64,000 bases of DNA from NCBI GenBank assembly GCA_002331335.1, contig DCZO01000014.1, forward strand, positions 277,088 through 341,087, in the 5' to 3' direction. Source of the stretch: Nitrospira sp. UBA2082 (GTDB lineage Bacteria > Nitrospirota > Nitrospiria > Nitrospirales > Nitrospiraceae). A model generated the notes under the pieces. It worked only from the letters and a program-made list of their open reading frames with translations. It ran no database searches and was not told where the DNA came from. Below are positions 9,159 through 19,800 of the stretch, in pieces. A program made the translations under genes and the position numbers. Position 1 is the stretch's first letter. Every line of letters starts with the position of its first letter.

Positions 9159-10577
9159 TTATCGCTCCGCTTCGGTGAGATCCGCTTCGTCTTCGATCTC
9201 TTCCAATTCCGGATCGAGCTTCCCTTTGGTCATCGACGGATGGAGCCCGTATTTCCTGAGCATCTTGTAGAAGTCCGCCCGATACCGTCCGGCAAATTGA
9301 GCCGCGCGGGAAATATTGCCACCGGTCAGCTGGAGCACGTTCTTCAAATACGTCCGCTCAAAGTCTTCCTTGGCTTCGGTGAGCGGCTTGAGCGAGGGCT
9401 CGTGTGAGACGCCGACCGCCGGCAACAGATCCGGTGTCAGCATGTCTTGGCGAGACATGACCACGGCTTTCTCGACGGCGTTTTCCAACTCCCGTACATT
9501 GCCGGGCCACGGGTTCGCCATCAGTCGATTCAGCGCTGCCGGCGTGAATCCCTTCACTTCTTTGTTCGCCCGCTTGACGGCGAGTTTGAGGAAGTGCTGC
9601 GCCAGCAACGGAATGTCGTCGCGGCGGTCGCGCAACGGCGGTATGAACAAGGGCACGACCGAGATCCGGTAGTACAAATCGTTGCGGAACGTGCCTTGTT
9701 TGACCGCTTCGCCAAGATCTTTGTTCGTGGCGGCAATGATGCGAACGTCCACCTTGGACGTGATCTCCGAACCCACCTCACGCACTTCCCGTTCCTGCAC
9801 CGCCCGCAGCAACTTGACTTGCATCGCCAGCGGCATTTCGCCGATCTCGTCTAAAAAGAGGGTGCCCCCGTTGGCCATCTGAAAGAGCCCGCGCTTGGCA
9901 CCGAGCGCGCTGGTGAAGGCGCCTTTCACATGTCCGAACAGCTCGCTTTCAAACAGCGTTTCCGGAATCGCGGCGCAGTTGAGCGCGACGAACGGCCCCT
10001 TGTTCCGCCGGCTGTTCGCATGAATGACACGGGCCATGACTTCCTTCCCGGTCCCGGTCTCGCCGAAGAGCAAAATGGTCGCATCCGAATCGGACACTTG
10101 CGCAATCTGCTGAAACAGCCGCTGCATCGCCGGACTTCGCGCCACGACGTTTTCGAGCCCGTAGAGCTCCTTGACCAGTGATTTGAGACGCTGAATTTCC
10201 CGGCTCATCCGTTGTTGCGCGAGTGCCTTTTCGATCGTGGCCTTGAGTTCTTTGTCATCGAATGGCTTCGTCAAATAGCCGAACGCGCCGCGCTGCATCG
10301 CCTCAACGGCGTTGGGGATGCTGCCGTGGGCGGTGAGAATGATGATCGGCAGACCGGGAAGGATGCGCAACAGTTCCTCGGTCACGTCCAGTCCGTCCTC
10401 GCCGCGCAGGCGCAGATCGGTAATCGCCAAGTCGAACATCCTCTTCTTGGCTGCTCCGACGGCTTCCTGCCCGGTGGTGCATGGAGTCACGGCAAATCCC
10501 ATCGCGGAGAGCCGCATCTTCAACAGGTGCAGCAGCCCCTCATCATCATCGACAACCAGAATGTGTTCCTGTTCCAT
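9159..10577 (-). CDS. Sigma-54-dependent response regulator (GlrR/QseF-like)
   Basis: Receiver domain, GETGTGKE, GAFTSA, WPGNVRELEN; C-terminal NISRAAQFAGRYRADFYKML resembles the GlrR HTH. Confidence 0.88.
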   Translation of the reverse strand: MEQEHILVVDDDEGLLHLLKMRLSAMGFAVTPCTTGQEAVGAAKKRMFDLAITDLRLRGEDGLDVTEELLRILPGLPIIILTAHGSIPNAVEAMQRGAFGYLTKPFDDKELKATIEKALAQQRMSREIQRLKSLVKELYGLENVVARSPAMQRLFQQIAQVSDSDATILLFGETGTGKEVMARVIHANSRRNKGPFVALNCAAIPETLFESELFGHVKGAFTSALGAKRGLFQMANGGTLFLDEIGEMPLAMQVKLLRAVQEREVREVGSEITSKVDVRIIAATNKDLGEAVKQGTFRNDLYYRISVVPLFIPPLRDRRDDIPLLAQHFLKLAVKRANKEVKGFTPAALNRLMANPWPGNVRELENAVEKAVVMSRQDMLTPDLLPAVGVSHEPSLKPLTEAKEDFERTYLKNVLQLTGGNISRAAQFAGRYRADFYKMLRKYGLHPSMTKGKLDPELEEIEDEADLTEAER

Positions 10578-10597
10578 GGTATTCCTTCCACATCGCG

Positions 10598-11362
10598 TTA
10601 CGGCATCGGGTCCGGTACTGGGATCGGCGCCACCGTCGACGGAGGACGAATCGGGCGCACTTTTTCTCTCATTTCCTGATCGATTCGTTTCAACGCTTCC
10701 AGTTGTGTCGACAGTTCTTCAATCTTGCGATCCCGCTCTGCCAGCTGTTTTTGCAAGCTCTGCACGGAGGGCGGATCAGATCGTCCCTGTCCCTTCGAGA
10801 GCAACTCGATCTTGCGGTCCCGCTCAGCGAGTTCGCGCTGCAGTGCCTCAACCGTCTGAAAATCTCCCTCCTTCGTTGAGCGTATCTGCTGAAGGAGTAC
10901 TTCCCTATCAAGCAAATCCCGCACCAGCCGGTCAGCAGCCTGGCCCAACGAGGCATTGGCCCTCCAAATGGCAGGCCAACCCACAATGGCATCGATCCAC
11001 GAAATCGTGCTGGGAGACGGATGCATGTGTAGCAGGTCCATCCACGCCTTGCTTGAGGCGGCTAACTGGCCTTTTGGAGCAATCGCCAGGACCTTCCCGA
11101 AATATTTCTCCGCGACTTCGCGGCTTTCGTACAGGCCGATCAAGGCTCTCGTGAAGTACGCATGATCGCAGGAGCTGGTTTCGGCACACTTGGCCACCAC
11201 GCCCTCTTGCTTCCTTGCAAGCGCTTGAAATGACTTCGATTCGGCCGGATCCGTCACGAAATAGGGCCGATCGAGCGCACTGGGTGACGTCCAGGAGGCG
11301 CACCCCCCTAGAAGCAAGACCAGTGAGGAGCACATGAGGGCTCGTGTGAAGAATCGTTTCAT
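10598..11362 (-). CDS. Lipoprotein with coiled coil (QseG-like position)
   Basis: Lipobox LLLGG|C, helical core, C-terminal coiled coil; lies between kinase and regulator. Confidence 0.7.
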   Translation of the reverse strand: MKRFFTRALMCSSLVLLLGGCASWTSPSALDRPYFVTDPAESKSFQALARKQEGVVAKCAETSSCDHAYFTRALIGLYESREVAEKYFGKVLAIAPKGQLAASSKAWMDLLHMHPSPSTISWIDAIVGWPAIWRANASLGQAADRLVRDLLDREVLLQQIRSTKEGDFQTVEALQRELAERDRKIELLSKGQGRSDPPSVQSLQKQLAERDRKIEELSTQLEALKRIDQEMREKVRPIRPPSTVAPIPVPDPMP

Positions 11363-12831
11363 TCGCCCTTTACCTTTCCCTGTTTTGCCAACCGTAGGAC
11401 AAACCGTACAGTCGTTCCCTTCTTGATTTCACTTTCAATCCAAATTCTTCCCTCGTGCGCTTCCACGACCTTCTTGGCCAGCGCAAGCCCCAGCCCGCTG
11501 CCGGCGGAGGAATTTTTCGCCTTCGTGCGGCCCTGATAGAACCGTTCGAAAATATGGGGAAGATCTTCAGCCGCGATTCCTGGACCCGAATCGGACACTG
11601 AAACTTCAAGCACGCCGGCATGAGGATCCGGCTTCATCTGCAGTTTGACGATACTCCCTTCCGGACCGAACTTCAGCGCATTCGATAGCAGATTATCGAG
11701 AACCTGTTCAACTCGCGGGGCGTCGGCCTTGACCCATGCCCGCTCGCCAATACTCTCAAACACGAGCTGGATATGCTTGGAATCGGCCAGCAACCGGACT
11801 TTGTTGATGGAGATGCTCGCAACCCGCTTGAGGTCGACCGGAACGATTCGATACTCCATCATCCCGGCTTCCATTTTCGACAGATCGAGAATTGTCGAGA
11901 TCAGATGAATCAGCCGGCGGCTGCTGTCGGCCATGATCCGAAGGGTCGTCCGCTGTTCTTGGGTGAGGGGACCCGGGATCTCATCGAGCAACAGATGGGT
12001 GCCTTCCTGAATCGAGGCCATCGGCGTGCGTAACTCATGCGAGACATGGGCGAGGAATTCCGCCTTCATGTCATCGAGTTCTTGCAGCTTCCCGCCCATC
12101 CAATTCACCGTATCGACGAGGTCCGTCAGTTCAGCCGGGGCCGTAATTTGGAGCGGCTGACCGAACTTCCCTTGGCCGATTTCTTTGATGTGCCCTTGCA
12201 GCTGACGCAAGGGTCGCAAGATCGTGTAACTGGCGACGCCGGCCAGTCCCAGGGCAAAGACCAATGCCACCAGCACCAGCTGCTGTGTGACCGCTTGGGC
12301 TCGAACCGCGCTGGCCCGCGACTCGCTCACGCCCACGCTGACCCGCGCTTCATGCAAGTCGACGTACCCCTGAATCGAAGCCGACATCCGATCCATGATG
12401 GCATCACGACGGCTCTCGTATCCGGGCGCCGGAATCTTGCCGGCCGACGGCTCCACACCGTCATGGAACAACACCAATCGTTCCTGGAGCAACCGACCCG
12501 TCTCATACAGCAACTGTTGCCCATCCGGCGCACTTTCCCGGCTCAGGACCTGCTGCAGGCTGCGCTGGAATTCTTCCACCTCTTCGTTGAAGTTCGCCAG
12601 AAACGCCGCGTCTCTTGTCGCCAAATATTTCTTCTCACTGTTCAATTGGACATAGAGTGAGCCCAGCAACCGTTTGGCCGACTCGACCGCCGGATAGTGG
12701 TACGAGGCCATTTCCGTACTCATGGCCGTCAACTGCTTGAGCTGGAACAGCGCGTACAGATTGACTCCTCCCATGACCGCGATGATCACCAAGGAGGTCA
12801 GCAACAGGCGCCAAAAGATCGACAGCCGCAC
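11359..12831 (-). CDS. Membrane sensor histidine kinase with HAMP (GlrK/QseE-like)
   Basis: Two TM helices, HAMP, H-box VSHELRTPM, NLLSNALKF, DSGPGI, GSGLGL. Confidence 0.9.
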   Translation of the reverse strand: MRLSIFWRLLLTSLVIIAVMGGVNLYALFQLKQLTAMSTEMASYHYPAVESAKRLLGSLYVQLNSEKKYLATRDAAFLANFNEEVEEFQRSLQQVLSRESAPDGQQLLYETGRLLQERLVLFHDGVEPSAGKIPAPGYESRRDAIMDRMSASIQGYVDLHEARVSVGVSESRASAVRAQAVTQQLVLVALVFALGLAGVASYTILRPLRQLQGHIKEIGQGKFGQPLQITAPAELTDLVDTVNWMGGKLQELDDMKAEFLAHVSHELRTPMASIQEGTHLLLDEIPGPLTQEQRTTLRIMADSSRRLIHLISTILDLSKMEAGMMEYRIVPVDLKRVASISINKVRLLADSKHIQLVFESIGERAWVKADAPRVEQVLDNLLSNALKFGPEGSIVKLQMKPDPHAGVLEVSVSDSGPGIAAEDLPHIFERFYQGRTKAKNSSAGSGLGLALAKKVVEAHEGRIWIESEIKKGTTVRFVLRLAKQGKVKGE

Positions 12832-13023
12832 GTGCCAGAGCCTTTACCGTAGAAAAGATGATGGTAACGAGCAGACTATATTGAGCGTGTATGAAAATCC
12901 ATACACTATTTCACTCTCCGCCTCAAGCAGTTTATCGGTCTAGACAGGATGGCTACCGCACATGCGTGCGGCATCGGAGTGAAAACCACGGTCAGAGACG
13001 GTGGTTCAGGTCGCTCACACGAC

Positions 13024-13881
13024 TCAGAGTCCAGTATCGGCGTGCCGAGCGAACAATCGCTGTCGTCTTGATGCCCCGCGCAGTAATGCAAAGAGGTGGC
13101 CACGGAACAACAAGATCGCCGTCGCGGCCGGTGGCGTGAGCACAAGCAACAGCAGCTCCTGCGCATCGGGATCGAGCCCCGCATACGCTAACCAGCTCCC
13201 GACGACGGCGAACGGCAGGAGAAGGAATTGGATGAGTCCCAGCCCGGCTCCCCGTCCGACACCGCTGGAGATCTCGAAGAATTCGCGAAGCCCGGTGGGA
13301 GATAACACCACCGGCAGCAACAGCAGCACGAACGGCAGAAACCATTCGATCCAATGTTCCAGCACAAATTCATAGGAGGTCTTGAAGACATCGAGCGGTG
13401 AATCGTGCTTGCCTTGATAGATCACTTCCGGCGCCGGATTCAGCAGGACAAAGAGCAGCAGCAACACTGCGGAAGACAGAAACTGGCCGTAGGGATTGGC
13501 GTGCACCCCCATGTCCAGCGCCATCATCGGCAGCCAGAGCACAAACCCGACACTAATGATATCCCAGAAGTAATGACCGAAGCTCTCTACCACGTCGGAT
13601 GGGTGAATGGTTCTGGTGGCGCTCAGCGCCTGCTCGATCAGGCGCAAGGTCGCGCCGACCAGTACCGCGTTGACAATGCCCAGTACTAATCCACCTGCCA
13701 TCCCCAGCGGCCCCGCAACCCGTGCCGCACCCAGGAACAAGAGCCCGAACCCAACCAGCGCCACGATCGTCAGCCACCCTCGCACGAGCGACCGCCACGT
13801 CGCCTGCAAAGCCTGGCGATACAAATGAAATGTGGCCGACAGTAGTTCACCCATGAGCACGTACCCTAGTCGGGATTTCAA
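13024..13881 (-). CDS. Multi-pass membrane hypothetical protein
   Basis: Six to seven hydrophobic segments; divergent from clpB. Confidence 0.75.
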   Translation of the reverse strand: MKSRLGYVLMGELLSATFHLYRQALQATWRSLVRGWLTIVALVGFGLLFLGAARVAGPLGMAGGLVLGIVNAVLVGATLRLIEQALSATRTIHPSDVVESFGHYFWDIISVGFVLWLPMMALDMGVHANPYGQFLSSAVLLLLFVLLNPAPEVIYQGKHDSPLDVFKTSYEFVLEHWIEWFLPFVLLLLPVVLSPTGLREFFEISSGVGRGAGLGLIQFLLLPFAVVGSWLAYAGLDPDAQELLLLVLTPPAATAILLFRGHLFALLRGASRRQRLFARHADTGL

Positions 13882-13987
13882 CGGAGGTCAAGCCTCTGTG
13901 AAAGTGGCTCATGAGTTGACTTACACAGGCCGATGATTATCACAGAGTCATCGCACACCACACGGTACCGGCATAAAGGAACAGATC

Positions 13988-16585
13988 ATGGACATGAATC
14001 GAATGACGGTCAAGTTGCAAGAGGCCTTGCAGACAGCTGCGGGGCATGCTCAACGGCGCAGCCATCAAGGCGTCGATGTGGAACATCTCCTGCTCGCACT
14101 GCTCGATCAGGAAGGGGGAATAACTCCTGCGCTGTTGGAACGGACCGGGGTGACGCTGCCGGCCGTCCGTCAGACTGTCGAGCAGGCATTGACCAAGATC
14201 CCTCAAGTTCAGGGCGCCGGCGCGGCTCCCGGACAGTTACACATGGCCACGCGGCTCGCCCACATCCTCACCAAAGCGGAAGACGAGCAACAGTCCCTCA
14301 AGGACGATTATCTGAGCGTCGAGCATGTGCTGCTGGCCATGGCGCAAGCAGACGGGCCGTTGAAGAAGCTCGGCCTCACGCGCGACCGGCTGCTCAACGG
14401 CCTTCAGCAGGTACGCGGCAGCCAGCGGGTCACCAGCCAGGATCCGGAAGGCACCTATCAATCGCTGGAAAAGTACGGACGGGAGCTGACGCTGCTGGCC
14501 GGCAAAGGCAAGCTCGATCCCGTGATCGGACGGGACGACGAAATCCGCCGCGTCATTCAAATCTTATCCCGGCGGACGAAAAATAATCCGGTCCTGATCG
14601 GTGAGCCCGGCGTCGGCAAGACGGCCATCGTTGAAGGGCTGGCCATCCGCATCGTGAAGGGCGATGTCCCCGAGGGCTTGAAGCAGAAAAAGCTGTTCGC
14701 GCTGGACATGGGCTCGCTTGTCGCCGGTGCCAAGTTCCGGGGGGAATTCGAAGAGCGGCTCAAGGCGGTGCTCAAAGAAATCCAATCGTCCCAGGGACAA
14801 ATTCTCCTGTTCATCGATGAACTGCACACCGTCGTCGGAGCCGGCGCCGCGGAAGGCGCGATGGACGCGGCCAACCTGTTGAAGCCGCTGTTAGCGCGGG
14901 GGGAACTGCATCTCATCGGCGCGACGACACTCGATGAGTATCGCAAGCACATTGAGAAAGACGCGGCGCTGGAACGGCGGTTCCAGACCGTCTTCGTCGA
15001 CCAGCCGTCGGTGGAGAACACCGTGTCCATCCTGCGCGGACTCAAGGAACGGTATGAGGTCCACCATGGGGTCCGGATCAAGGACAGCGCCCTGGTTGCG
15101 GCCGCGAAGCTGTCGCACCGGTACATCTCGGACCGGTTTCTGCCGGACAAGGCCATCGACTTAGTCGATGAAGCGGCGGCCCGCCTGCGAACCGAAATCG
15201 ACAGTTTACCGGCCGAATTGGACGAGGTCTCGCGCAAGGTCCTCCAATTGGAAATCGAGCGGGAAGCATTGAAGAAAGAAAAAGACCCGGCGAGCGCGGC
15301 CCGCTTGGCGACGCTCGAATCGGAGCTGGACGACAAACAACGCGAGCTCCAGACCTTGAAAACCCAGTGGGAATCGGAAAAGGCCTCCGTCTCGCGCCTG
15401 CGTAAGACACGCGAAGCGATCGAAGAAGTCAAACGCCATATTGAACAGGCGGAACGCGCCTATGATCTGAACCGCGTGGCCGAACTCCGCTACGGAGAGT
15501 TGCCTCGTTTGGAACGGGAGCTCGGCATCGAACAGCAACAGCTGGGGAAAAAGCAGCACGAAGCCAAGCTCCTGAAAGAAGAAGTCGATGAGGACGAAAT
15601 CGCGGCGGTCGTCAGCCGCTGGACCGGTATCCCCGTCTCCCGCCTGCTCGAAGGCGAAACCGACAAGCTGTTGAAGCTGGAGGACCTGCTGCACCAGCGG
15701 GTGGTTGGGCAGGAGGAAGGGGTTCGCGCCGTGGCCGACGCCGTGCTCCGCGCGCGCTCCGGCATCAAAGATCCGAACCGCCCGATCGGCTCATTCCTGT
15801 TCCTCGGCCCCACCGGTGTCGGCAAAACGGAGCTGGCTCGTGCGTTGGCTGCCATTCTGTTCGACGACGAAGGGAACCTTGTCCGGATCGACATGTCGGA
15901 ATATATGGAAAAGCACACCGTCGCGCGCTTGATCGGCGCCCCGCCCGGCTATGTCGGCTATGAAGAAGGCGGCCAGTTGACGGAAGCGGTCAGGCGACGC
16001 CCGTTCTCCGTCATCCTGTTCGATGAGATCGAAAAGGCGCACCACGACGTGTTCAATGTCCTATTGCAAGTCCTGGACGACGGGCGGCTGACCGATTCCC
16101 AAGGCCGTACGGTCGATTTCAAGAACACGGTCCTGATCATGACCTCCAACATCGGCAGTCCTCAAATCCTTGAAGCACAGCAGCAGGGCGCCCGCTACGA
16201 ACAGATGCGGACCGTCGTCATGGATGAGCTGCGGCAGCATTTCCGTCCGGAGTTTTTGAACCGGGTGGATGAAGTGGTCGTGTTCCATCCGCTGGGCACG
16301 GAACATCTCGTGCAAATCGTGGAGATTCAGCTGCAGCGGCTGCGCCAGCGGCTCGAAGAGCGGCGCATCACCCTCGCGCTCAGTCCGGCGGCGCTCCGGC
16401 AACTGGGCGAGCGGGGCTATGACCCGGTCTACGGAGCGAGGCCGCTCAAGCGGCTCATCCAGCAGGAACTGGAAACGCCGATCGCGCGCTTGTTGGTCAA
16501 AGGAGAATTGCGGGACGGCGATACGGCAGCGGTCGATGTCAAAGACGGCGGAGTCGTCGTCGTACCGACCGTGACCAAGGAGTGA
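13988..16585 (+). CDS. clpB: ATP-dependent chaperone ClpB
   Basis: Clp-N repeats, two AAA+ modules ([16 protein letters not shown]), coiled-coil M domain, GARPLKR; 865 aa. Confidence 0.98.
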   Translation: MDMNRMTVKLQEALQTAAGHAQRRSHQGVDVEHLLLALLDQEGGITPALLERTGVTLPAVRQTVEQALTKIPQVQGAGAAPGQLHMATRLAHILTKAEDEQQSLKDDYLSVEHVLLAMAQADGPLKKLGLTRDRLLNGLQQVRGSQRVTSQDPEGTYQSLEKYGRELTLLAGKGKLDPVIGRDDEIRRVIQILSRRTKNNPVLIGEPGVGKTAIVEGLAIRIVKGDVPEGLKQKKLFALDMGSLVAGAKFRGEFEERLKAVLKEIQSSQGQILLFIDELHTVVGAGAAEGAMDAANLLKPLLARGELHLIGATTLDEYRKHIEKDAALERRFQTVFVDQPSVENTVSILRGLKERYEVHHGVRIKDSALVAAAKLSHRYISDRFLPDKAIDLVDEAAARLRTEIDSLPAELDEVSRKVLQLEIEREALKKEKDPASAARLATLESELDDKQRELQTLKTQWESEKASVSRLRKTREAIEEVKRHIEQAERAYDLNRVAELRYGELPRLERELGIEQQQLGKKQHEAKLLKEEVDEDEIAAVVSRWTGIPVSRLLEGETDKLLKLEDLLHQRVVGQEEGVRAVADAVLRARSGIKDPNRPIGSFLFLGPTGVGKTELARALAAILFDDEGNLVRIDMSEYMEKHTVARLIGAPPGYVGYEEGGQLTEAVRRRPFSVILFDEIEKAHHDVFNVLLQVLDDGRLTDSQGRTVDFKNTVLIMTSNIGSPQILEAQQQGARYEQMRTVVMDELRQHFRPEFLNRVDEVVVFHPLGTEHLVQIVEIQLQRLRQRLEERRITLALSPAALRQLGERGYDPVYGARPLKRLIQQELETPIARLLVKGELRDGDTAAVDVKDGGVVVVPTVTKE

Positions 16586-16607
16586 ACACTCTCTAGCCGA
16601 TCGAGAC
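16442..16607 (+). repeat. Direct repeat copy 1 (clpB 3' end plus 22 bp)
   Basis: Aligns without gaps to 20901-21066; 14 mismatches in 166 bp by manual count. Confidence 0.95.
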
Positions 16608-16851
16608 AGGGCCGACTGTTGGCTCCTACACTCTTTGAGGCTGGGTGTGATGACGGTTGATGAAAACCCTGGGCGTCAGATTCCCAATGGCATTATGCCT
16701 CCACTCTTCATAATACCCTCGTCACCAGACTTCAATCGCAAGCCTCGCTTCTGACCGTTATTAAGTATTAAGACGATACATCAAACTAGGCATCGCCAGC
16801 TGACCACTGCCAGCGAAACTAAACAATTACCACACCAGCACCCCCTTCATC

Positions 16852-19800
16852 TTAGGTGCAGTGCCAGATAATTCGTACCACCTGATGTCCAGCGGCACCA
16901 TACTGGATTACGGTCAGTCGAGCCCGTGCTCTGCAAGCGCGATGCACAAGTTCTTCCATGGCCTTTTCCCTCGTGTGAAAGGTATGCCTAGTCGCGCCAC
17001 ACGCATCGAGCACAAAGCCTTGGAAATCGCCGAAGCAGTCATACAGAATCTCCGCGACCTTGCCCGTGACTCGTGCGCCTGTTTCATCAGAAACTTCCGT
17101 GCCGGACCAGTGTCCACCCGTCCCCTCCGGAGACGCCACTATGCGGTCTGGATCACCTCCGAACGCCCGCACACGCGCAGCGATCTCGTCCAGGTACCGT
17201 CCGAATACCGGCACCCATCGGTTACCTGGCGCGAGAATGCTTGCCCGATGGCGCAGGAGCGCGAGCCTGTGTTCTTCTGCAGCCAATAGGAGTGGACCGC
17301 GACTGACTGGTATCGTAAATTGAAACGCGCCCATAACTTTCCTATGGGTGCCGGAAATTTGATGAAGGGAGATCTTAAAGAGCTGTCCTTCTCGAACAGT
17401 ATCCGGCAATTGAACGCTGAGTAAGCCTGGAATATTTACAACCCGATTGCCAGGAATCGGCAAAAGCGTTACATCTCCGACGCGGCATTCTACCGTATGA
17501 GAATCGACTAACCGACACATACCTGCACTCGGCTTCAATGAAGCCACTTCGAGCAACTCCCTTACATCGACATCAGGCCAATAGAACCTCGCCACACTTT
17601 CTCGCGGAAGATTATTCCACCGTACAAGAAGCTGATCGTGCATCAGTGGTTTTGACACACCAGCAGCACCTGCTTTTGCTTCCGCGACATGATGGCCATG
17701 TGCCAATTCAGGGACAATCACGGTTGGCTGTGCTGACAACGCCGGAAGCGCTTCGGGCAACTTCGGCCACACAGGCGATGGGCGCAACTCAAAGGTATGC
17801 TGAACGAGATGGCCATCACCTCCACCAGGGTTATCGGATTTGACGATGACAAGATTGCGCTGTGCCAAATTGTCGTTGTCGCCAGGCGTCGCTCCCGGCG
17901 GTATCGGATCATCCGCGAAGTTCACCTCAGCCACCAGACACTGATGTTGATCGATGATATGCTCCTGAATACTCAAAAGTGGGCCGGTGCCTCCGGTACC
18001 GTTGGCGTTCGGCTCACGCCGGTAAATATCAGTGCTTGGCTGATTGATGTCCAACCAACATCCGAAATACTCGACCTCGTCACTACCCGTCCCATTTAGC
18101 GGTCGCACGTTTTGGGGATCATCCTGTAATTCGAGATTCCCCACACGCGCCGCAGCAAAGAACGGAATAGAGACAACCTCATTTCCCGCCAAACCAATCA
18201 GCGGACGCACGGTCGACCCGGTCGTATAGACTGGATACGTCGACGGCCGAAATTCCATCGAGGCAGCCGCTGTCGTAAACATTCGAAAAAACACCCGAAC
18301 ATGTTCGGCGTTCTGCCCCACCGGCGCCCGATACCGTACGCGAGCGAAAGCGTAGTTATAGATTTTCTTGCCACTGAGGACTGGGGCAAGCTCAAGCGGG
18401 CTTTCGGCCTGGTCGGTCTTAAGGTCGCGCTCGAACGGATGTGTGATTCCTTCCGGGCGAGCACGCAACTCCGCAAGTACCCCATCGAGAAACCTGTACG
18501 GGGCGTTGACATCAGCCTCTTGCGTAACGCTTGCGAATGTTTCGTCTTGAGCAATTTGCAGCACGCGCACGTCGAGGCTGAGCCAGTGAGGGTTTCCGTC
18601 GACCATATAGGGATTTTTCCGCTTGAACAAGGTTACGTTGCCTCGTGTTTCATGTCCTCCCCTCTGAACAATAATGGAAACAGAACGTATTTCGGCAGAA
18701 CCCAAGGCGCTGAACGCAGAAACGTTGGTAAAGCGGATCGAGTAGACAAGCACAATCTTCTGCCCAATTCCAGGCGATGCACTACCGCTCTCAAACAACG
18801 TACGTTCCAACCGAGCACTCATGCCGGGAACGGTACCTCCCCCATTCCCCCACTGAAACAAGATAGATGGTCCACCCGGCAACCCAGCATCGCCAGACAC
18901 AAACCCGTCCATAACGACATAGAACGCGTCGTAAAACGTCGCCGGGTTGCCCATTGTACTGACTTCCATCTCAGAGAAATGACTGCGGTCGGTGATGACG
19001 TACATTGCACCACCGACTCGGATGAACCGCGCATACTGGCAAGGACGGCCACCTTCGTCGATTAAGAACAACATGTAGTGTCCAGGAGGGGCAACGGCTC
19101 CATGGGGCGGCGCTGTCAGTGTGAGTGCTGTCCCTTCACGCCCTTTGATCGCGAGCTCGATGCACCGTTGGTCCAGGTTAATGGAGTGAGTCATTGACCC
19201 ACACCGGATTAAGGCTGCGCGACGGATACTCGCCGCCTCTGGGCTCCGCACAGTGAACAGTTGCCCATACGCCACATTCGATGGACAATCGGATATCCTT
19301 GGTCGTGTGCCTGCTGGATAAGGCGGCGTAAAGATCTCGGCGTTCAGCACACGGCGGTCCACTCCTCCTTCGGTCCTAGCGGAATTCACGTTCGAACCCG
19401 CTGTCCACACACGTCCATCAGGAAGCAGCAACATGGTGGAATGATAGTTGCGCACTTGCTGAGCCGGTTCTTCGATTGTCTGCCAGCTATCGGTCACGGG
19501 GTCGTATAGTTCCGGTGCTTGTACCCCTGTGGCGTCGTTCGCCCTATCCTCTGCTCCTCCAACCACCACGACCTTACCAGTTGGGAGCAAGACAGCCCCT
19601 GAATTGTTCCGAACCTTTCCTGCTGCCGATCCAACTCGCGTTCCAGCGTTCTGCCATGATGGACTGGTAGCCCCCAAATCAAGCTTCATCGGTTGGACAG
19701 CCCCGGTCACCAAAATTCGAGCACGATAGTTGTCTTCAGGTGACAAGGGTAGGATGACTGAAGAAATGGCCCCGCCGGCAGGCCCAGCGGTCACAACCGT

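Noticed and set aside
18301-19065. 254-aa plus-strand ORF inside the oxidase cassette
   Set aside because: Antisense to the motif-rich 1209-aa gene; not an integrase or any recognisable domain.
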